Shown one piece after another: positions 23,050-36,110 of a stretch of DNA of 64,000 nucleotides. The notes beneath the pieces were generated by a model, which ran no database searches, was not told the origin of the DNA, and was given only the letters and a program-made list of their open reading frames with translations. Source of the stretch: Callorhinchus milii. Lineage: Eukaryota. The stretch's first letter is position 1. Every line of letters starts with the position of its first letter. The stretch spans positions 6,636,001 through 6,700,000 of the forward strand of contig NW_024704743.1 in assembly GCF_018977255.1 (NCBI RefSeq). The letters run 5' to 3'. Both the position numbers and the translations under genes were made by a program.

Positions 23050-25100
23050 CACAATAATAATTTGCATTGTTCACACTGGGTAGCATCCCAGAGCACTTCA
23101 AACTGTTGGAGCCGGGGGGAGGTTAGGGTTAGGTACCGTGGAAGAGAAAGATCCTCAGGTGCGTCCGATGGTGGAACGGAGGGCACAAGGGACATGCAGA
23201 AGACTGGAGCCAGTGGCGCACAGTGGGTTGGGAAGTAAACAGGTCGGAGAGGTAGGGAGGTGCCAGGGCATGAAGGGATTTGAAGACGAGTGTGAGGATC
23301 TTGAAATCAATCCATTCAGCGATAGGGAGCCAAGCTGGAACTGGTGTGATGGCAGTATGAAGTTTAATACGGGTAAGTATGTGGGCAGTGGAGTTTTGGA
23401 TCAGCTGGATTTTGTGGCGTGGTGGAGCTGGGGAGACCGGGGAGGAGGGCACCTGAATAGTCAAGCCGAGGTGACGAATGCATGGATAAGTGTTTTGGCT
23501 GTGTCTGGGGTAAGGTACGGTCAACAACAACAGCAACAACAAGATTACATTTGTAAAGTGACTTTCATGGCGGGAGAACGTCCCAAGGCGCTGGACATAG
23601 TACAGCATTTCAGACCCGAGTTGGGGTTGGGCGGGTAAGGGAGTGGAGGGGAGGGGAAGGGGGGTGGCCGATGGCATGGTCGAAGAGAAGGGTCTTGAGG
23701 TGGGACTTGAAGGAGGTTAAGGAGGGGGCGAGGCGGAGTGACTGGGGAATGGAATTGGGGGCAGTGGCTGAAGGCTCTCCCGCCAATGGTGGGGCGGGTG
23801 GGTCGGGGGACGTGGAACCGGCTGAGTGGAGGGGATGGGCGGGTTGGTTGGGGGTTACGAGGTCACAGAGGTAGGGTGGGGCGAGGCCACGGAGGACTTT
23901 GTATGTGAGGACCAGGATCTTGAACTGGATCTCTGAAGGATAGGGAGCTAATAGAGTCGGGCGAGAGTGGAGAGATGGGGTCACGGAGTTTGGTGCAGGA
24001 GAGGACACAGGCTGCAGAGTTCTGGATTATCTGCAGCCTGTGGAGGGAGGAGTTGGGAAGGCTGACAAGCAGGGAGTTTGCATAGTCGAGCCTGGAGGTG
24101 ATGAAGCATAAACAAGAGTTTCAGCGGCCTGAGGGGTGAGGTAGTGGCAGGGTTGTGCGATGTTACGGAGGTGAGGGAAGGCAGAGCGGGTCATGACTTG
24201 AATGTGGGGGAGAAAAGACAGTTGAGGGTCGAACAAGACACCTCGGTTCCTGACTGGCTGGTGAGTTGTAGTGTGCAACCATGGAGGTTGATGTTACCAG
24301 AGCTTGAGGTGCTGAGGCACTGGCTCGAGCCAATCAGGAGGGCCTCAGTCTTATTCACATTCAACTGTAGGAAATTTGCCCACATCCAGGACTTGATGTC
24401 CGACAGGCAGTCTGTCAGGACAGCACTGGACCTGGAGTTGAGGGTGGAGGCAGAAAGATAGAGTTGGGTGTCATCCGCATACATGTGGAAGTTGACCCCC
24501 ATGTCTGCGGATGATGTCACCAAGGGGGAGCATGTAGATATTAAAGAGGAGAGGACCAAGGACAGAGCCCTGGGGGACGCCAGATGTGACAGTGCAGGGG
24601 CTGGAGGAGAAACCGTTAGAGGCAAGGAAGTGGAGACATTGAGAGAGACAGGAATCAAATCAGGCAAGGGCAGATCCGTGAAGATTGAGTAAAGCGGAGA
24701 GGCGGTGTATGAGGATGGAGTGGTCGACAGTGTCGAAGGCAGCAGAGAGGTCGAGAAGGACAAGGAGGCAGAGGGAGCCCTGATCACAGATGTTAAGAAT
24801 ATCATTAGTGACTTTGACCAGGGCTGTTTTGGAGGGGATTGGAGGGGTTCAAAGAGGGAATGGCAAGAGAGAAAGAAGTTTAGTATGGGTAAGTATGTGG
24901 GCAGTGGAGTTTTGGATCAGCTGGATTTTGTGGCGTGGTGGAGCTGGGGAGACTGGGGAGGAGGGCACCTGAATAATCAAGGCGAGAGGTGACGAACCCG
25001 TGGATGAGTGTTTTGGCTGTGTCTGGGGTAAGGTACGGTCATTAGTGACTTTGACCAGGGCTGTTTTGGAGGGGATTGGAGGCAATGTGGCGGAGGTGGA
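23050..25100 (-). mobile_element. Young L2 (about 23522-24845, RT with MYADDTQLY) inserted in an older L2 3' end, with a complex junction
   Basis: ORFs 24191-24805, 23610-24008 and 23129-23677 are L2 ORF2 pieces. Confidence 0.92.
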
Positions 25101-26085
25101 GGAAGGTGTTCCTGGTCAGGGACCGGATGTGGGGTACTGTAGCACCCATAGATCATTTGTAAATTTTTAACAAAGATGGAAGAAATAGACAAGATAGCCC
25201 TCTACTGGTCTTTGAGGAATGGAAATACGGAATAACCAGAACAATTATATCACAGCGGCGTTATGCAATATTCACAAACAGCAAGTTGCTGCATTAATAG
25301 CAACTTCTGTTCTGTTAATGAAATTACAAAATCTCAATGACACTCAATACAAAATCAGCAAAACAATTCAGAAGATTTCCAATCCACGACTGTTTGTGGG
25401 ACTGCTGTGCGCAATTGGCTACCACATTTCGACGGCAAAATATACAGTCACTACACTTTACAGTATATTCTGTGAAGCACTTTGAGATATCTCAAAGATA
25501 TGATAAGGCGCTATATCAAATGCAAGGATCATTATTATTATCTTGTTTTGCAGTTGGTGATTTACTTTCTGATCTTTTGTCAGAGATTTGGGGTCTTGGT
25601 CACAAAATAGCCTAAGAACAAAAAGCCAGCCACAAACCTGCGTTCTCCATCATATTATTAAAGGCCCTTTAGTTTTTGTAGTCACTCTTCATGCATTGAA
25701 TAATTAAGGATTTGTGCCCAATGCAAATGTTAATGCCAGGGGTTGGCATGGGCCAGGTTGGTTATTTGGACCAGTCAAAGTGCATTATAGCAAGGCACCA
25801 ATTAAATAGCTTTGGTTAAAACCAGCTCTCGGACGTTTTACAGAATATCCACAAAAGAAACTTAAATTTGGAATTGTTAAAAGACAGTTTCCTTTCTATT
25901 TACTCAAAAGAGATGTCAGTAGAAATGTAAACGTTTACCAGAGTCGTTAGGATGTGAAATGCTCTGCCAGATGTGATGGTCAAGGAAGGATCTAATTAGC
26001 TATCAATAGGGAACTAGATAGATATCTAGGAAGGGCTACGGGGAAAAGGCTAATAAATGGGACTGAAATGTGTCCTCTCCCGTAC

Positions 26086-26555
26086 CAAACTCCGTGACTC
26101 CACCTCCCCCATTCTCGCCCGACTCCATTGGCTGCCTATCCTTCAGAGGATCCAGTTCAAGAGCCTGATCCTCACATACAAAGCCCTCCATGGCCTCGCC
26201 CCACCCTACTTCTGCGACCTCCTAACCCCCTACCAACCCGCCCGCTCCCTCCGCTCAGCCGGCTCCGGCCTGCTACACATCCCCCGACCCACCCGCCCCA
26301 CCACTGGCGGGAGAGCCTTCAGCCACTCTGCCCCCAACCTCAATCACTCCACTTCACCCCTTCCTTAGCCTTCTTCAAGTCCCGCCTCAAGACCCTCCTC
26401 TTCTACCATGCCATTGGTCACCCCCCTTCCTCTCCCTTCTCCCCCCCGACCCCAGCTCGGGTCTGAAATGCTGTACACTGTCCAGCGCCTTGGGATGTCC
26501 TCCCGACGTGAAAGGCGCTACACAAATGTAATCTTGTTGTTGTTATTGTTGTTGA
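26086..26555 (+). mobile_element. Young L2 3' end
   Basis: LHWLPILQRIQFK...YKALHGLAPPY. Confidence 0.92.
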
Positions 26556-26604
26556 AAGAGCCAGGACAGAAATGAAAGAGCAATCTGGCAGGGCATTCCA
26601 CATC

Positions 26605-27440
26605 CTAAAACCATAGAAATTTAAAGCACATAAAGCCATTCAGCCCATCATGTCTGTGCTGGCTCTTTTAAAGAGGAATCCTTTCAATCCCATTTTCCTG
26701 CACTTTTCCCAAACCCTGTCATTTACTCCTTTTTGCAAAATCTATTCAATTCCATTGTGATAGCTAATATGGATTCTGCTTCAACTGCTGCTCCCAGCAG
26801 TGCATTCCATACCCTAACCACTTTGTGAATGAAACAAATTCTCCTGGCCTCCTTATTTGCTGTTTTCAAGCTATCTTAAATTGATGCCCTCCAGTCAATG
26901 ACTCACCAACCAACACTCCTAACAACTCTAGCAAAACAAATCCCCCGAAGCTCCCCATTTCCTCCCCTGCAAACCATCTCAAATTGATGCCCTCCAGTCA
27001 TGAGCGAAAATAATTTTTCCCTCTCCACTCTATCTAAATCCCTCATTATATTGAAGACCTATATCTGGTCTCTTATTAACCCTCTCTGTTCTCTCTAACT
27101 TCTCTAAGACATCCTTTCTAAAGTGGGGCAACCAAACCTAACATCATATTCAATTGTGGTCCAAATAACAATTCAAAACCTCTTTGGTTTTATTTTCCAC
27201 GCTGCTATTTATAAAACCTATGATTCCATCAGCCCTATCCTACCTTCAAAGATACGTTTAACCCCTAGATCTCTGTTGTCTTACTTCTGCTATTTAAAAT
27301 GATAACATTTAGCATATATGAGCTATACCTATTCCTCCCAAAATATATAATCTCACATTTTTCTAAATCAAAATCATCTGCCATCTATCTGTCCAATCTA
27401 CTAATCTGATTATGTCCTCCTTTAGCTTCTTGCAATGCTC
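26605..27440 (-). mobile_element. Old CR1 LINE fragment
   Basis: Reverse-complement CR1 3' end (CATAGAA...GCCATTCAGCCCATC) followed by decayed ORF2. Confidence 0.75.
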
Positions 27441-27759
27441 TTCTAGAAATTTTAGAGATGTACTTTATAAACTACTATGTTGTTACTTTATAAACTACTA
27501 TGCTTCTAATCCTGTAATTCCATCCCTCTACCCATCTGCCTCGCGCTCCTCCCCCCATGGTTGTTTTGGCTGAGGTAAAATAAACACTTTATAATTTTTA
27601 TTTGGCATGCGGATCGATAAAAATAATGCTTGTGATGTAGTATGTATAGATTTTCAGAAATCTTTTGATAAGATGGTGGATGTATAAGAGGCTTGTTAAA
27701 ATAATTAAGGGCTATAGTTTTAATGGAAATGAATCCACCTTGATTGGTATGCAAAGATA

Positions 27760-28610
27760 AGCAGATACTGCTCAAGCTCCGCACCCCCAACTGGTGGAAT
27801 CATTGCTCAATGGAATAGGATGTGTATGTGAGCTGTGGGCAGGAGGATGGTGGCAATGCGACTAGGCATTTTTCATGCTGAGCTGCGTTGCTTGCCAGGA
27901 AGTTTGCAGGTTACCTGGTATCCATTTAGTGAGCGCAAAAATCTGTGCTTTTGGGATATAAAGTGACCAACTTGTTGCCAACTGGTTTGAGAGGAAGGTA
28001 AGCAAGGTTTCCTTGGAGCTTTGTTTGCTCCAAAATGACATGCATGGCAACAGAATGTCGGAATCAAGTCAACCCTTTGTGACATTCTCAGTAGTCCAGT
28101 TCCTGAGTCAAGTGAGTCCACTGTACTCAAAAATACTGTTGATGACAGACCAGCCAGGTGGCCCATCGGTGGGACTTGGAGGAACACAGCAGTCATGAGG
28201 AGCAGGGATTCTAACCCATTTGGCTTCAGTTAATCCTACAAGCCAAAGCCCTAGCGGGTAGGATGGTCCTAGCTGAACAAGTAGCGGGAAACAGTTGTCT
28301 CAATTGCAAGCTATGTAGTTTTTGCTAGTTGAACACTATCGGTGGTCCAATGAATATTCTGGAACTCCCAAACCTGGCCTCTCCTCAACCTGCACTCTAG
28401 AATTAGGTAAACAGAGGGTGTCCCTCCCAGAAGAGAGTATCAAATCCATTCCAGACACAGGGAAATTTCCATGTGTAATAGAATTCTCAGTCTGGTTCAG
28501 ATACTTTTAACTATACCAATGGGCACGTGTCAGACACCTAGCTGACCACAAAACTATTTCAAGAAGCCATCTGGTCGAGGGCCCCAGGTTTTGGATGGCA
28601 TGGTCAGAGA
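27760..28610 (-). mobile_element. Unclassified ancient interspersed repeat (copy 1 of about 7)
   Basis: Colinear with 34270-35260 and the inverse of 59040-59745. Strand taken from the tentative coding frame. Confidence 0.7.
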
Positions 28611-28626
28611 TAAGTCTTAAGGTGGG

Positions 28627-28952
28627 TAATAATAATAATAATAATAATAATGATAATCCTTGGCATTTGATATTGCACCTTATCACTTCGTCAAGATGTC
28701 TCAAAGTGCTTCAGAGAATATACTGTAAAGTGAATTGACCGTATATTTTGTGGGCAAAATACAGCAGCCAATTGAGCACAGCAGTGTCCCACAATCTTAT
28801 TTTTTTAGGAGTTATTACTCCTGGAAAGCTATCTGCCAATTGAATAACAACCGGGTTCCAACTTACCCAAAGTTTCACTCTGCCCTGGAATTGAACCCGG
28901 GTCCTCTTACTTGCGAGGCGAGTGCTCTAACCAATACACTACAAGACTCCAC
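28627..28952 (-). mobile_element. tRNA-Ala DeuSINE, long subfamily
   Basis: Family match. Confidence 0.88.
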
Positions 28953-29044
28953 AATTATTGAAGGGTATTATTGAAGGTAGGGAGGAAGGTGGCAAGAGAG
29001 GAATGGAGATTCAGAGAGAGGGGAAAAAACGTCTGAAAGTTCGT

Positions 29045-29870
29045 CCACTGATGGAGCTCACTTCCACCTCAATGGTTCTGTCCTTACCTGGTTCCAATCC
29101 TACCTTTCCCACTGTCTGCTCTTTGTGTCCAATGGGTTCTACTCTAGTTCCCGCACTGTCATGTGTAGAGTCCCTCAGGGCTCCTCGGTCCCCTTCTCCT
29201 CAATCTACACATGCTCCCGCTCAGTGATCTCATCCGCAGCCAAGGGGTCAATTTCCACTTGTATGCGGATGTCACCCAACTCTAACTCGCCACCCCCTCC
29301 ACCCTCCACTCCAGGTTCACTTAGCTTGGTGCCCTGGCTAATTGTCTGTCAGACATCAAATCCTGGATGAGAGCCAACTTTATCCAGCTCAATGTTGGCA
29401 AGACAGAGGCCATCCTGCTTGCTTGGCTCCGGGCCGCACCTCCTCATCGCAGCCACTGACGTTATCACTATTCATGACTGCACTTTTCATCTCACTGAGC
29501 CAATGCAAAATCTCAGGGTCCTTTCGATCCTCAGCTATCCTTCAAACCCCACATTCATGCAGTGACCCATTCGCCTTTCCCCATCTTCACAACATTGCCC
29601 GCCTCCGCCACTGCTTATCACCGCAGGACACCGAGACCCTGAACCACGCTTTCATCACGTCCTGGCTTGACTACGCCAACTGCCTGCTCGCTGGGCTTTC
29701 CAACTCTTCCCTCCACAAGTTGCAGATTATTCAGAACTCTGCAGGTCATGTCATCTCCTGCACCAAGTTTGGTGAACCTATCACCCTCAATCTCACCCGC
29801 CTCCACTGGCTCCCTATTCTCCAGAGGAGAGAGTTCAAAATCCTCTCTTTCAAAGCACTCCATGGCGTTA
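29045..29870 (+). mobile_element. L2 RT fragment
   Basis: VPQGS...LYAD...HAFITSWLDYAN...LHWLP. Confidence 0.88.
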
Positions 29871-31229
29871 TGCTTCTGCACTTATAATGGGAAATACCAT
29901 TATCCATGCAGATTGTCAGTGTGCTAAATTTACCCAATTGATGTAATCAATCCCATGTTTAAACTGAAATCAATGCTAAATAATTTGTATGAAGTGCTAT
30001 GGGATTACATTAATATATACACACTAAAAGTAGCTGATATTTCTTTTTAGAAACTTTGCCTAAAACCTCAAATTATCAAAACCATACATTTGCAAGTAAT
30101 TTCCCACATCAATGTTTAAAGATTAACACAAATTCATCTTGTTCTAAATTCTGAGAAACAAACTCAAGCATATCCCTCAGGTCTATTTACTGAAAATATT
30201 CAGTAAATTCAGACCATGCTGTGAGATCTTGACTTATACAGATATGTTTCTTGTACAAAGAAATCCATAATTTCAATTGCCTTGAGCTACATCATGCGAA
30301 CTGAAGACAGAATAACTGTTTAACTTGGAAATAATTTAAAATTTATAAACTCTTATCCTATTGGGCTGGGAGCTAGTCCATCTGCAACCTATCATTATTG
30401 ATAACATCTTTTAGTCTTAGTTACGGACATGTTATTCAGTGATGCAAATAGGAAATATACTTTGAACAGAATCTCATTGTTCAAGACTCCATGTTCAAAC
30501 AGAAATTCCTTTTTACAAATCTTATAGTATAAAATACTAACAAAGAATATCATAAACATCTGAATATCTTTGTTTACTCAGGAATGAAAACAATTGCCGT
30601 TCAAATTACCATCTCCATTCAGCAACCGCCCTCTGTCGACAACTACCCTGGAACAGCCCCTCCGGTGTGCGTTTATATACCAATGAACCCTTACTCAGAG
30701 GCCACCCTTATATAAAGGCCACTTTGGCCCAGTCCCCTGAGAGGAACATGCTGCAAACCTGAGTTAAGTTGAACGAAGAGAGTAAGCAAGGGAGTGAAGC
30801 TGGAAAAGGTCCCAGTAGTGGGAATTTGTAGGAAAGAATGAGGAATAGTGGTGAAGGCAAGCAATGCTTATTCCTGGTAAGGATATGAAATGATTTTTGG
30901 ATAGAACTGGGGTTGCTAGCAAGGAGGTAAGCTGGCTTCAGGGCCATTACTTTCAAGGTGATATGCATGACAATGGAAAATTGGAATTGAGTCGATTCTC
31001 TGTAGTATTACCGGCTGTCCAATTCCTGAGCCAGGCACTTTCACAGCACAACATGGCACTGCTGCTGCTGACTTGTTGGAGGACTTGGAAGAGAAAACCA
31101 ATCAATCAGGGCTGGGTTTCTTCTCACTGAATTCCTGGTAAAAAGGAAATCCAAAGCACTAACTGGTAAGATGTCCCAGCTAGTAAAAAAAGGGACAGAG
31201 GTTTACAGTTGCAAAGGGCAATTTCATAC

Positions 31230-31539
31230 TAATAATAATAATAATCCTTACATTTGATATAGTGCTTTTTCACGTCTTCTAGATGTCTCAAAGCGCTTCA
31301 CAGAATAGACTATAAAGTGAATTGACTGTATATTTGTGGGCAAAACGGGACAGCCAATTGCGCACAGCAGTGTCCCACAAACAGTTGTGGATTGAAGTGA
31401 CCAATTTTATTATTTTTTTTTGAAGGATTATTATCAGGCGGTGGAGTAAGGAAACTTGCCCAAGGTTTCGCCTTGGCGAACCCAGGTCTCTCGCTTGCTT
31501 GCTTGCAAGTGCTCTAACCACTGAGCTACAAGACTCCAC
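31230..31539 (-). mobile_element. tRNA-Ala DeuSINE
   Basis: Family match. Confidence 0.9.
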
Positions 31540-32074
31540 AAGGACTTCATGATGGACACCAATAAGCATTTCTTTATCCAGAGAGCAATTGACAATAGGT
31601 TGTCATAAAAGGTGGCTAAGGCCAGGATGCTGGATTCAACAATAAAAATAAATTACATTTCACATCGGGACATCCCAAGGTGCTGGACAGTCAAGGGTTT
31701 GCATCCGAGCTAGGAGTTGGGACCAAGAGGGGTGGAGGGAGGTTGGGGGTAGGAGGGTAGGGAGGGTGGAGGTAGGAGGATGACTGAAGGTGAGGTCAAA
31801 GAGGGGCTTGAGATGGGCCTTGAAGGAGGCAAGGGAGGGAGCAAGATGAAAGGACTGTGGAATGGAGTTCTAAAGGGTGGAGGCAGAAAGGCTTTTCTTT
31901 TGAAGGGATTCAAAAGCGATCCACCAATCGACTAATAACCGACTCCTACTTACTGCTAGTTATACAGACGTGTGTGGAGTAAGGAAACTTGCCCGACGTT
32001 TCGCCCTGCCTGGGAATCAAACCTCTTGCTTGTGAGGCGAGTACTCTAACCAATACACTACAGGACTCCACTAA

Positions 32075-33475
32075 ACGTGAATCCTGATTACATGGATACA
32101 AAATTAGCTGGGAGACAGAAAGCAGAGAGTAGTGGTGAATGGTTGTTTTTCAGACTGGAGGATAGTATACAATGGTGTCCCCCCAGGGGTCGGTATTAGG
32201 TCCACTACACTTTTTGATATATGTGAATGACTTGGATATAAAGAGCAAAATTTTAAAGATGACACAAAACTTGAGAACGTGGTAAACCGTGGATGGCAGG
32301 AGAATATGGACAGAATAGTGATATGGGCAGACACATGCAGATGAAGTTTATTGCAGAGAAGTGTGAGGTGATGTATTTTGGGAGGAAGAATGAAGAGAGG
32401 TAATATACAATAAATGGTACCGTTTAAAAGGGGATACAAGAGCAAAGAGACCTGGGGGTTAACATACACAGGTCTTTGTAGGTGGTAGGACAGATAGAGC
32501 TTTTAAAAAAGCATATGGGATCCTTGGCTTTATAAATAGAGGCATAATAATTTAATCCTTGCATTTGATATAGCGCTTTTCACGTCGGGAGGACATCCCA
32601 AAGCGCTTCACAGACCACACTGTAAAGTGAATTGACTGTATATTTGTGGGCGAACGCGGCAGCCAATTGCGCACAGCAATGTCCCACAAACAGTCGTAGA
32701 TTGAAAATGACCAATTTATTATTGTTTTGTTTTGGAGAGATTATTATTAGGCGTGTGGAGTAAGGAAACTTGCCCAAGGTTTCGCCCTGACCTGCCTGGA
32801 ATTGAACTCAGGTCTATCGCTTGCAAAGCGAGTGCTCTACCCACTGAGCTACAGGACTCCACGTACTCCATAGAGTACAAAAGCAAGAAAGTTCAGCTGA
32901 ACCTTTATAAATCATTGATTAGGCCTCAGCTGGAGTATTGTGTCCAATTCTGGGCACAGCATTTTAGGAAAGATATCAAGGCCTTGGAGAGGGTGCAGAG
33001 GAGATTTACCAGAATGGTACCAGTGATGAGGGACTTTAGTTAAGTGGAGATACTGGAGAAGCTGGGATTGTTCCCCTTAGAGCAGAGAAGGTTAAGGGGA
33101 GATTTAATAGCGACGTTCAAAATTATGAGGGGTTTTGATAGAGTAGATGGGGGGAAACTGTTTCCACTGGCCGGTGGGTCAGTAACCAGGCCACATAGAT
33201 TCAAGATAATTGGCAAAAGAACCAGAGTTGTATGTAACTGTGTAATTTTTTTTACACAGTGTTGTTAACAGTGTGGAATGCACTGCCTGAAAGGGTAGTG
33301 GTAACAGATTCAATCACAACTTTCCAAAGGGAATTAGATAGGTACTTGAAAAAGAAAAGTTTTGCCGAGGTATGGGAAAAGAGCAGGGGAGTGGGACTGA
33401 TTGGGTAGCTCTTTCAAAGAGCTGACAGATACGATGGGCCGAATGGCCTCTTTCTGTGCTGTAATATTCTATGAT
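32075..33475 (+). mobile_element. CR1 LINE 3' part interrupted by a full-length young SINE (32544-32862, minus)
   Basis: LYKSLIRPQLEYCVQFW...LERVQRRFTRM; CR1 sequence resumes across the SINE (AATAGAGGCATA...CATAGAGTACAA). Confidence 0.92.
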
Positions 33476-34269
33476 ACAATGTTGTAGGTTTTGCTTTGGC
33501 TTCTTAATCGAAAGGTATTGAATGAGTAACCATAACTTACACATCTGGGACCATTCAACATGCTAAATGTTGAATGGTCTGCTAAACTGAGCCCATTAAT
33601 GAGAAAATTCCATTAGACTAACACGTTGTCAAACTGTACTAAAAGTACTAACACATCGCTAACATACAAGGTTGCCTATAAATACACACAATCCATAATG
33701 CCCATCTTTTATGGAACACAGAGATATTGAGAGGAAATCAAGTTTGGTGAAAATCTAGTTATGAGTTGGTTACGAGCTGTTAGTTGGAACTATTTTTTGT
33801 GGTTACAGAACATGTGGACTGATTTTTAAGCAAATTTAAGGCCATCAAGTGTAAATGGAATAGAGAAAATGGACAAATGGCAAATTCAGAAAGCTGATCT
33901 GTAAACGAGATTCATAAATACTTGTGAGCATAATGATGAAGGGATGAAAGCATAATTTGGATGGAAAAAACTGCCCCACTCCCCCTACCCCCACAAATGT
34001 GATTGGACACCTGTCAGGAAGTGCCAGTTAAAGAAGGTCCGGTAGAAACTGCATGATAAAAAAAAATTGAATTTGCCTGAAAATTATGGAAAGCTAAAAA
34101 ATTTAAGTGGTTTGTAAACCTGTACTGAAATTCCAGTAATATAAATGAAACAAGCTATGACTGAAGAGGTAATGGACAACATGAAATATTTTTCACGAGG
34201 ATCTGGATTAGACAGCTGGTGCTAGAGAACATTAAGTGCCTGCTGTCCTGTAAAGTTCCTTCCACCACA

Positions 34270-35260
34270 CTGAAGGCAGATGTCCGTCTGATAGCTGATG
34301 AAACTCTGGGGCTTGGGGCCACAATTGCTGGAAGGCACTACCTGGAGCCTGAGTTAGTTAACACATGTTCGAACATCCACAGCTTGGAATCCACCTTCAC
34401 TGGTTGCAGAGGTAAGCAGCGGCTGCTCAAGCTCCACTCTAACTGGTGGAAGCATCACTCAATGGGAAGGGATGTGTGTTTGAGCTCTGGTCAGCAAGAT
34501 TGTGGCAATGCTCTCACACATTTCATGCTGAGCTGAGCTCACAAGGACTTCCTATTACCTGCCATCCACCTAGCAAACTCAAACCCACGCTGGTCAGACG
34601 TCAAATCACCAACTCGTGATGATCCTCCATGGGGAGAGGGGCAAGGTAAGTGGTGTTTTCGTGGAGCAGAACTGGCTCCAAGGTGACATATTTGGCAACA
34701 GAATATCACAATCAAGTCCAACCTCTTTGGCAGTCTCAGTGATCAGGTTCTTGAGCCAGGCGGATCCACAATATTCCAGGGCACTGCTGTTGACAGTCCA
34801 GCCTGGTTCATTGGTAGGACTTGGAAGGGCAGACCAGTCACTGGGGGCAAGGACTCTTCCCACTCAGATCTCATTAACCCTGGAAGCCAAAGTCCTAACG
34901 GGTAGTGTGGTCCTAGCTGGATAAGCAGCAGCAAAACCTTGACAGACAATGCTCTCAATGGCAATCTATGTGGTTTTAGCTGGTTGGACTATAACAGTAT
35001 CTCAACACACAATCCGTGGTCTCCAAGACCTGGCTCTTGTCAATGTGAGCAAATATTTTACAGAATTAGGTAACCAGGGAAGTAGTGCGCATTCCATTCC
35101 AATAAAGATCTCTGAAATTTCCATGTTTAGGTGGGATGCATGGAATTCTCAGTTTGGTTTGAATACTCCTAAGCACAGTGATGGGTTTCTGGATGTGTCA
35201 GATATCCGGCTGACCAAAAGAATTCATTTGCAAAATCACAGCGTCTCAATTACTATTGCT
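34270..35260 (-). mobile_element. Unclassified ancient interspersed repeat (longest copy)
   Basis: Colinear with 27760-28610 and the inverse of 59040-59745. Confidence 0.7.
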
Positions 35261-35504
35261 ACTTTGTTCAACGAAAAATTGGTTGATAACAGAATGTTTC
35301 AAAGAGCAAAAGAGATAGATTCCCAAATCTGAAACAATAGTGGATTTGTTCTGGAGGGAAGCCTTGGAAAATATTGGGGAATGTGAACCGTGGATTTAAA
35401 GGAAAACATTAATGGTATGTACCAGCTTCATATCAACTGAAATATATGCTCCAAGAACAAATATGTTCACACAGATGCATATGGGTCAATTCTATTATAC
35501 AAAA

Positions 35505-36110
35505 GAAAATAGAATTATAAAATTATAAAGTACAGAAGAAGGCCATTCGGCCCAACGTGCCCGTGCCGGCTCTTTGAGAGAGCTATCCAAATTAATCTTA
35601 CTCCCCCGCTCTCTCCCTATAGCTTTAAAAGTTTGTCCTCCCCAAATATCTATCAACTTCTCTCTTGAAAGTTGTTATTGATTCTCACCCCTCTTTCAGG
35701 AAGTGCATTCAGGATCCAACAATTCGCTATGTGAAAAAATTACTCCTCATCGCCACTCTGGTTCTTCGAACAACTATCTTAAATCTGTGTCCTCTGGGAA
35801 GGGGAACAGTAACTGAAGGTGCGGTCAAAGAAGGTCTTGGAATTGGCCTACTGACCAACCTGCCAGTGGAAACAGTTTCTCCATATTCACTCTTATCAAA
35901 TCCCATCATAATTTTGAACACCTCTATTAAATCCCCCCCTTAACCTTCTATGCTCCTAGGAGAACAATCTTCTCTCATCTCTCCACATAACTCAAGTGCC
36001 TCATTCCCGGTATTATGCTGGTAAATCTCCTTTGCACCCTTTCCAAGGCCTTGACATCCTTCCTAAAATGTGGTGCCCAGAACACAGTACTTTAGCTGAG
36101 GCCTAACCAG
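35505..36110 (-). mobile_element. CR1 LINE 3' end
   Basis: Minus strand FKIMMGFDK...RGHRFKI...NFFT and a CR1 tail. Confidence 0.88.

Noticed and set aside
30595..30745. TcMar-like DNA transposon fragment (GGCCACCCTTATATAAAGGCCAC)
   Set aside because: Only a vague motif resemblance; no paired terminal repeats or TA TSD identified.
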